Positions 1 through 9,660 of a stretch of DNA of 23,624 nucleotides are shown here, piece by piece (within the stretch, counting starts at the first letter, position 1; each line of letters starts with the position of its first letter). Origin of the DNA: Fonticula alba ATCC 38817 (lineage: Eukaryota > Protista > Nucleariida); assembly GCA_000388065.2 (NCBI GenBank), contig KB932202.1, one strand, 5' to 3'. Below the pieces are notes generated by a model. The model ran no database searches. It was given only the letters and a program-made list of their open reading frames with translations, and was not told the DNA's origin. Both the position numbers and the translations under genes were made by a program.

Positions 1-1
1 G

Positions 2-2844
2 CGCGTGTCAGGCGAGACCGACCTCCCTGGGATTGCCGGCCCGAGTGCCGGCAAGCCCCTGCCGTTGGCCCGGGTCGCCGCCGCCGCCGCCACCGAAGCC
101 CCAGGCACCCCGAGTCGGTCCGGATCGCCCCGGCCCACGCACGCCCCGCCTCCTCCCCCCGCCGGTGCGGCTACCCCCTCCCGTGCAGCGGCTGCGGCCC
201 CGGCCTCGACTTTGGCCCCGGCCCCGGCCACCCCTCGGGCGACGGAGCTCCTTGCGCGACCGGTCCCGGCCCCGGATGCCCCGAGCTTCTCCCTGAAGTC
301 GGCCCTGACGGCGCCCTCCGACAGCAAGAACCCCTTCATGTTTGCCTCCTTCTCGGATACAGCCGCCCGGGCAGCGGCCTCGGTGGTCTTCACGCCGGAG
401 CCTGCGACCTCGGGATCCGCCTTTTCCGCTGCCTTTGCCGGGTTTTCTTCCTCCTCCTCCTCAACAGGCTCTGGTGGATTCTCCCTCCCTCCGGCCCCGA
501 GCACCTTCGGGGGGGCAGCGTCGGCCCCGGTGAAGCCCTTTCAGCTCCGGATGCCCGACGCCCCGGCCACGGGGGTCACTACCCCCTCATCCTCGGCCGG
601 GCCCGCCGCCGGGGCCGGAGTCGCTCCCCTGGCCATGCACCTGCCCTTCTTCACCCAGGCCCTCAGCTCTTTCTCCCATTCAGCAGCCACCTCGGCACCC
701 GACGCCACGCCAGCCCCGGCGGCCACCGGCGACACGGACATGGCCTCCCCGGCGTCGGCCTGCAAACTGGCCACCGGCGTCGGCGCCTCGCCCGACAGCG
801 CCATGGTCATCAGCCCGGCTGGCAAGCGCCCGGCCGATGAGCAGCTCATGAGCCCGTCGAAGGTTCGCCGGCCGGTGGCCGGCAGCGGCCCGGAGACCCC
901 GGCCCGCGCGGCCCCCCTGCATCCTGGCGACATGGCCCTGGCTAGCACCCCTGCCAGTGCTCCGATGCTCACGTCCCCGGCCGGGGGAGATGGTACGCCT
1001 CGCCTCCCTGCTGCACGTGCACAAATGCCTACGCACACACCCGCCCGGGCACGCGCATAGCCATCCTCCCTGTCTGACCGTCCTCTCTTGCCTCCCCCCG
1101 CCTCTCTCTCTCTCTCTCTCTGTCCCTCTCTGTCTCTCTCTGTCTCTCTCTGTCTCTCTCTGTCTCTCTCTCTCGCTTCCTTTCTCGCTCTCTGCCTTGC
1201 CAGCGTCGGCCCCTGTCGCGCATGCCGAAGAGGTCGCCTACACGTCGCTCAGCAGTTTGGACCTGTCCACGGCCACGGCAGCGGCCCTCACTTGCCTCTA
1301 CCAGGTCATCAACTACTCACTGCAGATGGAGGCCGGGTCTGACGGCCTGGCCAGTGGCGAGGCAAATGCCGCCACCGGCTCTGGCGGTGTGCTTGGGTCT
1401 TCGGCTCCGCCTGCCGCCGCCCCGGCCGCTCCTGTCGCTGCCGCTGCCACTGCCACGCCTAGTTCCGGCAGCAGCTGGCAGCGGCGTTTCCGGTCCTTCT
1501 TCAGTAGCTCTTCCTCTTCCTCTTCCTCCTCCTCCGCTGGCTCTTCCAACACCAGTGCCAGCCTCCTGGCCGGAGCGCAGCAGGCCGGCGTGCACCTCCC
1601 GCCACCGATCAAGCTGCGCTCGGCCCCTCCCTGCCCGGGGGGCCGCGCCATCTTCGGCGTCCCCCTGAGCGAGCTGGAGACGGTGACCATTCCCTCTGGC
1701 GGGCCAGATGACTTGACCCTGCCACGCGCGGCACATGCCCTGATGGTGGAAATCCGCCAGCGCGGCCTCAACTCGCAGGGGCTTTTCCGCGTGGCCGGCA
1801 GCAAGAAGCGGACCAAGGTGCGCATGAATGGGCATCCGCCTGCTGGGATCCCGAAGCCGGTGGCTCGCCGGGTGCCCATGTGTCTGACCTCCTCCTCCTC
1901 CTCCTCCTCGTCCTCCCAATCCCGGTCTTTGTCCCCCCGGGTGGCGACGACCCCCGGGCATGGGGGCCTGCCTTTGCAGCTCGTGCGCGAGTGTCTCGAG
2001 CTGAGCAAGTCCTTTGCCGAGTATGAGGAGCTGAATATCTTCGATTTGGCCGATGTTTTCAAGGAGTTCCTGCGTGAGTTGCCGGATCGCCTGATCTCCA
2101 AGGCCTTCACCGGCATCTACTATGGCCTGGCCAAGGCCCACATGCACTCGTTACTTGAAGAGCAGACAGTGCGTGTTGCTTGTGTTCTCGCTCTTTTTTC
2201 TTCTTTTCCTTTTTTTTTTGCGTGTCTCCCCCACCGACTCCTGCAGTGGTCCGATGTGTGACTGGCCGCCATGCTGACATGCCTTGGCGCCTGTGTGTGC
2301 CTGTGTGCATTGGCCCATGTAGCTCGTCGTCCTTCAGCTGTATCACCTCATTCTTCCGGCGCCACACCGGCAGCTCCTCCAGGCTTTGGTGGGGTTCCTG
2401 CACGAGGTGCAGCTGTGTGCGGCCGGCAACCAAATGGAGGTGGACAACCTGGCGCGCGTGTTTGTGCCGAACCTCTTCTACACGGACGACATCGATCCCC
2501 TGGCCGTGATCGACTATCAGAATGTCATCCTACGGCTGTTCTCCCTGTCAGTACTGCACCCGACCGAGGCCTTCCGCGTGCCGAGCGCCCTTCTCGGACG
2601 AGGGACCTTCCGCTTGGCTCTGGCCAACGGCGTCACTGTGGTTTCTGGCGGGGTGCAAGACGCCGAGGCCGCGGCGGCCAGCACCAGCGCCAGCACCAGC
2701 GCCAGCACCAGCCAGGAGAGCATTGCTGTCACGCCGGCTGCCCCTCCATCCAGCGGCATGCGTCGGTCCTCCTCGGCCATGATGCTGTCGATGCTGTTGC
2801 CGGGCGGAAAGTCCGGCCCTTCCTCGGCTGCATCCACCCCCTGA
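2..2844 (+). CDS. RhoGAP-domain protein with long S/A/P-rich disordered N-terminus (5'-partial, >=771 aa, 4 exons in window)
   Basis: Exons <2-992, 1204-1817, 1980-2168 and 2323-2844 (TGA 2842-2844). Donors GTACGC (993), GTGCGC (1818), GTGCGT (2169); acceptors CAG 1203, CAG 1979, TAG 2322 (in-frame alternative CAG 2337). All phases are consistent. The spliced product has RhoGAP motifs IFGVPL, GLFRVAGS (arginine finger), DLADVFKEFLRELPDRLI and NQMEVDNLARVFVPNLF. The frame is open to the window start with no initiating ATG visible. Confidence 0.9.
1102..1174 (+). repeat. (CT)n / (TGTCTCTCTC)n pyrimidine microsatellite in RhoGAP intron 1
   Basis: Read directly: a (CT) run followed by about 5 copies of a 10-bp TGTCTCTCTC unit, inside intron 993-1203. 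Confidence 0.95.
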
Positions 2845-3178
2845 GAGCGGGAGGGGCCCGAGCAAAAGGAAAGGGCGCACACAGGCCGAGGGAGGGGGCG
2901 ACAGGAGCGGGGAGGAGGGCGGGGGCATTCCCGGGTGTTGGCTTTGCCGCCTCTTCGTCCTGCCCTTTGGTGGGACTTCTTTCTCTTTCCCGTCCACACA
3001 CACTCCCCCTTTTTCTCTCTCTCTCTCCATCCCTCATGTCCTCTCTCCCTGGTCCCCACTCGCCTTTCGCTATCTCCCCTTCACCACACCCGACCACACT
3101 TAATATACAGCTTAAACATGTACAGAGCGTCCCCCTCTCGCTTCCCCCCCCCCCTCCACACACACAGCGCTTCGACAC

Positions 3179-3201
3179 GTGTGTGTGTGTGTGTGTGTGT
3201 G
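3179..3201. repeat. (GT)n microsatellite downstream of the RhoGAP stop
   Basis: Read directly: about 11 GT units. Confidence 0.95.
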
Positions 3202-3302
3202 CTGGCAATTACTCCCAGCCGTGCTGCCCCTGCTATCTTGCCCCGTTGTGTCCTCGGCTTTTGTGATGTCCTTCCCTTCTCTCTTTCACCCTAGCCCCCC
3301 CC

Positions 3303-3363
3303 NNNNNNNNNNNNNNNNNNNNNNNNNNNNNNNNNNNNNNNNNNNNNNNNNNNNNNNNNNNNN
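3303..3363. other. Assembly gap (61 N)
   Basis: Run of N flanked by C homopolymers on both sides, between two convergent stop codons (2844 and 3560). Confidence 1.
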
Positions 3364-3559
3364 CCCCCCGGAGCCGCCCCGTGCCCGATTGCTTGCTCGC
3401 CCCTCTCCTCGGCGTGTCTTCCTATCGATCTCTTTGTGTCACTCACAAGGACGATTTTTAGTGGTGGTGCAAGACACACAGCGGGCAATGCTCTCCCTCT
3501 CCCAGCTTCGGAGCAAGGCAGAGGGCAGCCATGGTGAAGGTTATGGGGGACGCGGCTGA

Positions 3560-6500
3560 TCACCGGAGTTGGACATGGTTCAGAGGGCTGAAGTCTGGAA
3601 CCGGGCCGGTGCGAAAGAGCGCGTCATCACTGGCCAGGTCGGCTGGACTCGTAGGTGGATGCAGCTGGTTGAGACGCTCGATGGCCTCTTCGACGAAGGT
3701 CCCAAAGGCGGATGGCTGGTCATGGAGAGAAAATGGCCGGAGCCGGCCGAACAGCTGCTGAAAGATGGCTGTAAGGGGCAGTCGGGAGGAGGCAGAAGGT
3801 TATGGAGGGGGAGAGAGGAAGAGATAGGGTGGTCAGAATCCCAGGTCAGGAGGTGGAAAGAGAGAGAGAGGGAGAGAGAGAGAGAGGGAGGGAGAGGAAG
3901 AGGGAGAGGGAACGGTGCGCGGGAAATGGGGCCGCGCTTGTTGGGCACGCATGCGCACATGTGTGGTCTTGCCTGAGCCCGGCTACGAGAGCCCAGTCGG
4001 CCGACGTGTCACAGCCGAGCAGCAACGAAGCCAGCTGCTCAGCCGGTTCATCATCCTCGTCCATGTCCAGAGAGCAGATCTACCAGGACGAGGCAGAAAC
4101 GGAGGCGTCAGGATCGATAGAGAGGGGGACTGTGCACATTTGCATGTGCAAATCGTGCATGGCGACCACGCCCGGCAATGGGAGGGGCGACATCGGGGAC
4201 GGGGGATAACGTACCGGGTCGGAGGGGATGCGCTTTTGCAGGAGATGCGTCACACGAAGTGAGAAGTGGGCTTTCAGATAGCAGGAGGTGATCAGGCTGC
4301 AGGGTGACGGATGAGGAGGATGTCAGCCGTGGGATATTGCGCGCGCGCGCGCATAGATCAGTATGTGTCAATGTGCGTGTGGGAGGAAGGCTCGTTTCCA
4401 TTCCCCATTTGTAGCATCGTGCGATGACGTGCTTCCATCGCTCCCTCTCTGCGCCTCTTCGCCACCCCAGGCCCCACCTCAACCGCTGCCGCCATGCATA
4501 CCTGAGAAGCTGCAGACTAATTGCAAGAGCCCGCCCGTTGGCTGAAGCCACATCGGCCAGACCCAGCTGCTGAATGAGGTCGTAGCCTTGATTCCGCAAG
4601 CGGAAAATGTACCGGCTGAAGGCCGGCCAGAGGGTGGCGTTCTTTTGGTCGTGCTGCAGAAAGAGGACCGCCGAGCACAAGTACAGAAAGAGGTACCGGC
4701 GAAGAATTTGCAGCAGGCCCTCGCTGCTGTAGTCGCGGTCGGCCGGGGCCGAGCGCATGCGCTCCTGCAGCCGCGTAACCATGGCCGGGATGTTGCGCGC
4801 TTCGCGGAAACGCTGGAGGAAAATTTGCGTGCTGATGACCGCGTCGCCGAGGCTGCGGAGTTGCCTCGACAGGAGCAGGTGGTCACGCTCGGGGGATGGC
4901 GGGCCAACGGCACTGGCCGGCGCCACGGCCGACATGCCATCCCCGCCCGAGACGCGGCCGGTGCGTGCCTGCCGGGGGGGAGGATCGTCGCGTGGGTCGT
5001 GAGTCGAGCTGTCGCGCAGCCGACTGCCGGGACGCGTGCCGGCCGGACGCTTGCGAGGCCGGTCGCCGGGCGAGACACTCCGCGATCGGCCATTTCCAAT
5101 GACACGGTCCCGCCGGCTGACCCGATCATCGCTAGCCGCCAATCGAGTGGGTCCGGAGCGCGCCCGACCACGAGGAGTGTCCGACTCTTCGTCGGTGCTG
5201 TTGCCGCCATTGTCGAGGTCCGAAGAGAGGCCCCGGTTTGTGGTCCGTCCTGCGGGCCGCCCGGCGGGGGCACTGTTGGGACGAGCGGGCCGTGTGTCCG
5301 TTGCTGTGAATGCCTGCTGATCCGCTCGGGCCCGGTCAAAGCGCTCCGCATCCGGGGCCTCGTCATCGGACTCCCAGTTGAAGGGGACCTGGTCGGCGGC
5401 CCGGCGAGGGTGCCGAGACCGACGGAGGTCGGATGCCGGGGAAACCGATCGGCGACCCCTCGAGGAGGAAGGCACGGGGGAGGCCGAGCGCCGACGCCGC
5501 GCGGTGACAGGCCCCGGGGAAATGGATCGCCGAGAACGAGGCGAGGAGGGAGAGATCGAGGGACGCCGGCCGCGGGAAGGCACAGAAGAGGAAGAGGAGG
5601 AGGAGGAGGAAGAGGAGGAGGAAGAGGAGGAGGAAGAGGGGGATGGACGCCGGAGATGGTCCATCTCGTCGGAGGAGGCACGCGACCGGGGGGACGGCCG
5701 GGGCGGCAGCCGGCTTTCGGGCTCCGCGCCCCGCCGGGAGGCCGATGCACGACGTGCCACCGACGGGGGCGACCGCGACCGGGATCGCGATTGGGACTGG
5801 GAATGGGGCCGCGATGGCGACCGTGACCGTGACCGTGACCGTGACCGTGACCGTGACCAAGACCGGAGGGTGCGCGACCGCGACCGCGGCCGCGGCGAGG
5901 GCGATCGCGATGGAGTAACGCGGATTTCCGGACGCCGGGGCCGCGAGGCCGCGGGCCGATCAAGATCGCGGGTGGCATCCGATTGAGATCGAGAACGGGG
6001 CCGGTCGAGTGTGTCGATTTCCGAGGCCGAGTCCGGCCGGAGCCGGCTTGTGGCGGTGCCAGGACCGGTGCCCGAGTCGCCTGCGTGGGCGGTGGCGCCC
6101 CGGTGGAATCGCGACACGTCGGATCCCAAATGACGCCGGGGCGATGGATCGCGCGCCGGAAAGGCCGCCACGGAGCGTAGGTCCGGGCTGCTTGGGTGCG
6201 AAGCGCCTCCGCCCTCGGCCGCCGAGGTGCCGGTGCCGGTGCCGGTGCCGGTGCTGCTGCTACGCCGGTCGCTGCGCTGGCGCTTCAGCGGAGGGGGCGA
6301 GTGCTCAGCTGTCGTTGGCGGCGTGGTGCTTGACAGGAGGCCGGTGCCTAGGATGGTGTGGAGATGGATGTGGTGGCGGGCAGGCCATTTACGGAGTGAA
6401 TACGGCGCAGGTGATGGGGCTGGTCATGCGGGATGTGGGAAAGGGATCGAAAAGAAGGAGCCCAGGGCGGAGGGGGCAGCCTACCCTTGGAAATGGAACC

Positions 6501-7478
6501 CCCACTGTCGGAGGGGCTCTCGGCATCAGTGGTTTCCCCCAGGGACCCAGGAGAGAGCCCCTGTGTGGGGGAGTCTGATATCCGCTTGCGGTCGGGCATG
6601 TGCTTGTCTGCCAAGGCTTTTTTTGGGGAGGGGGAGGTAGAGGGGTGAGAAAGTGCAAGAAAAGGGGGAAAGAGAAAGAAGGAGAGAGGGCGAGAGAGGG
6701 CGAGAGAGGGCGAGAGAGGGCGAGAGAGGGTGAGAGAGGGTGAGAGAGGGTGAGACGGAGCGACATGAGTTGGTGGTGGATGGGCAGATATGTGTGTGTG
6801 TGTGTGTGTGTGTGTCTGTGTTGGTGTGCAAGTGTGCTCGTAAGCACCACAACCTGAGACTTACCTGCTTTCTGTGAGGAGAAAATCGCGTCGAAGCGGC
6901 GGATCTGCTCGAAGACCACTGCCGGCATGGGCTCCGGCAGGATTGCCATGCGCTGAAATTGGGCACAAAGCAAGGAGCGAGAAGGAGGTGAGTGCGGGCC
7001 CAAGGCAGGGCGAAGCAGAAAGCGAGAGAGCGAGAGAGCGAGAGAGGACGCTGGAAGGGGGGGGGGGGTGGATAAAGACGCGGGTACTTACGGCGAGGAT
7101 CTGGTTGGTTGTGAGGGTGTGGGGCTGAGGGAAGGGAGGACAGCCGGGGCGAGGAGGCCGCATATTAGACAACAGCACGACCGGCAAAAGGGTGAGAGGA
7201 GGGAACAACATCGGCGAACGATCGGGGCGCGGACGCACAGGCTGATGCGCGAACCCAAGCAAGGCGTCGGACTGCTGGGAGAGGGGCGGTTGGCCGGCCG
7301 GCTTTAGCCCGAGGGAGCCCCCGGAAGCCGGCGCTACCGGTGCCAGACTCCCGGGGGAGCCGATGGGGCTGGGGTGGCTGTCGCCGCGGCGCCCAGACGC
7401 CGGGGCTCGGGTTCGGACGTGCGAGTAGATACTGAAATTCGAGCTGTCATTGTATGGCGCCGGCGAATCCAAGGGCAT
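3560..7478 (-). CDS. 916-aa protein with RS/Ser-rich disordered region and C-terminal helical domain; putative AF4/FMR2 (AFF)/Ebp1-family transcription elongation scaffold
   Basis: Minus-strand exons 7478-7239, 7124-7092, 6952-6865, 6616-6485, 6347-4502, 4296-4215, 4079-3959 and 3768-3560 (TGA at 3562-3560). They total 2751 nt and all seven GT-AG junctions are phase-consistent. The start ATG at 7478 is tentative because an acceptor-like CTGCGCAG lies just upstream. Gene structure is well supported; the AFF-like identity rests on by-eye comparison with the AFF4 C-terminal domain as I recall it, so it is less certain (about 0.55). Confidence 0.75.
5588..5638 (-). repeat. (GAG/GAA)n coding repeat encoding poly-Ser in the minus-strand gene
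   Basis: Reads GAGGAAGAGGAGGAG... on +; translates as a run of about 18 Ser in the 4108-6171 frame. Confidence 0.9.
5819..5858 (-). repeat. (GACCGT)n hexamer repeat encoding an RS dipeptide run
   Basis: About 6.7 perfect copies on +; translates as SRSRSRSRSRSRSRS on the minus strand. Confidence 0.95.
6681..6814. repeat. Intronic 10-bp minisatellite (YGAGAGAGGG)x7 followed by (TG)n
   Basis: Seven 10-bp units at 6681-6750 and (TG)n at 6791-6814, inside minus-strand intron 6617-6864. It is pyrimidine-rich on the sense strand. Confidence 0.95.
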
Positions 7479-9618
7479 TATCTGCGCAGCCGGGGCGAGA
7501 AGGACAGGGAGATGGAGGAGGAGGCGGGGGAAAGCACTTTCTGCCGCTGACTCGCTCTCTTGCTCACTCCTCTTGTGTGATGCGTTGCTGGATGGGGAGG
7601 GCGGGGGGATAGCCAGAGGTCCTTGTCGAGGAACGGGACGGGAGGAGGAGGTGGAGGAGGAGGGGGTGGGGGAGGAATGGGAGGGGGAGAAAGGAGGGAT
7701 GGGAGGCCGGAAGCCTGAGAATGCTAGAAGCAAAGCCGAGTCGCCGGGGACATCAGGGCAGTCGGTTCTTCAAGGGGACAGGGAGGAAAAGGAGGCTGGC
7801 GGGGGGGGTGCGGAGTGGGACAGGGGGTAGGCGTGCCAGTGGATCTCTCTGGCGACGCAGGGCAGCGACAAACCAGCAAACCAGGAACCGGGGGGCGAGG
7901 GAGCAGGCGCAGGAGGGTGTGGAGGAGTGTCAAGGGCTGCGGAGGCTTCCCCTGCGGGGCCGGGGATGCTTCCCCTTCGGCGGCCGGCGGTTGCGGGCCA
8001 GTGTGCGGCGTGAGAGCTGGCTCCTTCTCCCCTCGGCCGCTGCCTTTCCTGGTGTGTGTATGTGTGTGTGCCGCTCAGGCAACCACATCATGTCTGTTGG
8101 CGACGCCCGACGCACCATGCTACCACTTGCCAGGGGGTCCCGGGGGGGGGGGGGGGGGGGAGGCCGATCTCCCTGTTCTGGCGCGAGCCCGACGCCCTGA
8201 TCCCCCTCGCCCAGGGCCATTGCCCCTGCACCCTCATGGTAACCTATCCAACACCAGAGGGACTCCCGGCCGGCCTGTTGCCCGCCTGGGCGTGTGCGTA
8301 AGCCCGGAGGGGGGCCGGCTCAGGCGTCAGCATGCGCGGTGCCGGGATCTGGCAGGCCCCGGCGGGCGAGGCAGGGCAAGACGCACGATTGGCACATCCG
8401 ACCGCGCGTGGATCGGGCCCGGCCGAACGCGGGGGGATTTTATTTTCCGCCCCGCCCCGCCCCGCCCCGCCCCCCCCCCCCACCCCCCCCTCGGGCGCAC
8501 GCATACACACGCACACCCCCGCTCGCGCGTGCACACGTACCAAGCCGTCCCCGGAACGCGGAGTTGTGGGAGGTTGCCGCGTCGCTGGACCAGTCCGGCT
8601 GTAGTGCTGCCCCCCGTGCCCACCCCCATGGGGGGGGGGGGGGGACTCTGCCGCACTCCAACTGCCCAGTCCCTATCGCCTGGCGCGGCAGCCGGGCCGG
8701 GCCCGCGATCGGGGGGAGGGGGGGGGGGCCCCGGCGGGCGTGTGGATGTGCGATCTTTGCTCATGTCGCTCTTTTGGGCCGGGAAGATACCGCGCCCCTT
8801 GTGCCAGGTCCCCGGTCTCGGGCCGCGTCCCGGATGTGGCGAGGCGCCCGGCCGTCGAGGAGCAGCGGATTGAGGGGTGCGCAGGCGGGACCCGGGTGCG
8901 CAGGCGGGGGCGCGGGGGCGGGGGCGGGGGGGGGGGGCGGGGGGAAGGGGCAGCACGAGATGGGAGAAAACCCCCCGGAGCCCGAGCACGGGCCGGGAAC
9001 ACAAACGCGGACCCGAGTGTACCGGCGATAGGAAACGGGCGAATGCGGCGGCGCGCCCGGGTTCGGACCGGCCCGGGGCGCCCGGCCAGGCGCTATCGTG
9101 CCATCTTAACCCTCGGCCCGGCACCAGTGCCGCCAGGTGTGCGTGCGTAGGTGCGTGCCGAAACACGTACGGCCGCGCGAACCGGGGGTGCGTGGCAGCG
9201 CGGGGGTGATAACGCGGTTTGGGCGGCGCCTGGCGCGGGTGATTTCCCTCGGGCGGAGGGCCGGCAAGCCGGCGGGGGTGTCAGCAGCTTGCTTGTGAGA
9301 GCGCGCGTTCGGGGGGGTGTTTACACACCTGCACTCCCTGGCCGCATGCATCTTCCCCGACCGGGTGGGCTTTTCCTTTTCCCGGCTGGGCCGCCGGGCG
9401 GGGGGGCGGCGGGGGGGGGGGTACTCCTCCGCCCCCTGGCTTTCAGAAAAAAGTGAAAAATAAAAGAGCGCGGCCCTGGGAAGGCATCTTCCCGGCCGGG
9501 TGCCTCCCTGGCCTCTATTTTTGGGCGACGCCTTGTCGGCTCTGCAAGTTGGTGCCCCAGCGCCGGCCCGGCGAACACGAAGGGGCCCCCGTCCCCGGGG
9601 GCAACGCGCGCCCATGCT

Positions 9619-9624
<6 letters not shown>

Positions 9625-9657
<33 letters not shown>
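9625..9657. repeat. (CA)16 microsatellite
   Basis: Read directly in the intergenic region. Confidence 0.95.

Positions 9658-9660
<3 letters not shown>

Noticed and set aside
300-560. FG-nucleoporin gene in the first ORF
   Set aside because: There is only one true FG dipeptide (TFGG) and no FxFG/GLFG arrays, and the exon splices in frame to a RhoGAP domain.
4588-5986. Long + strand ORFs (4588-5826; 5378-5986 with poly-E and RD repeats)
   Set aside because: They are antisense shadows of the RS/poly-Ser exon. GC-rich repetitive sequence lacks stop codons in these frames.
4108-6171. 687-aa ORF as a complete standalone SR splicing factor
   Set aside because: It starts at a GTG inside a longer exon, runs into an intron at donor 4501 and has no RRM. 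It is exon 5 of a larger spliced gene.
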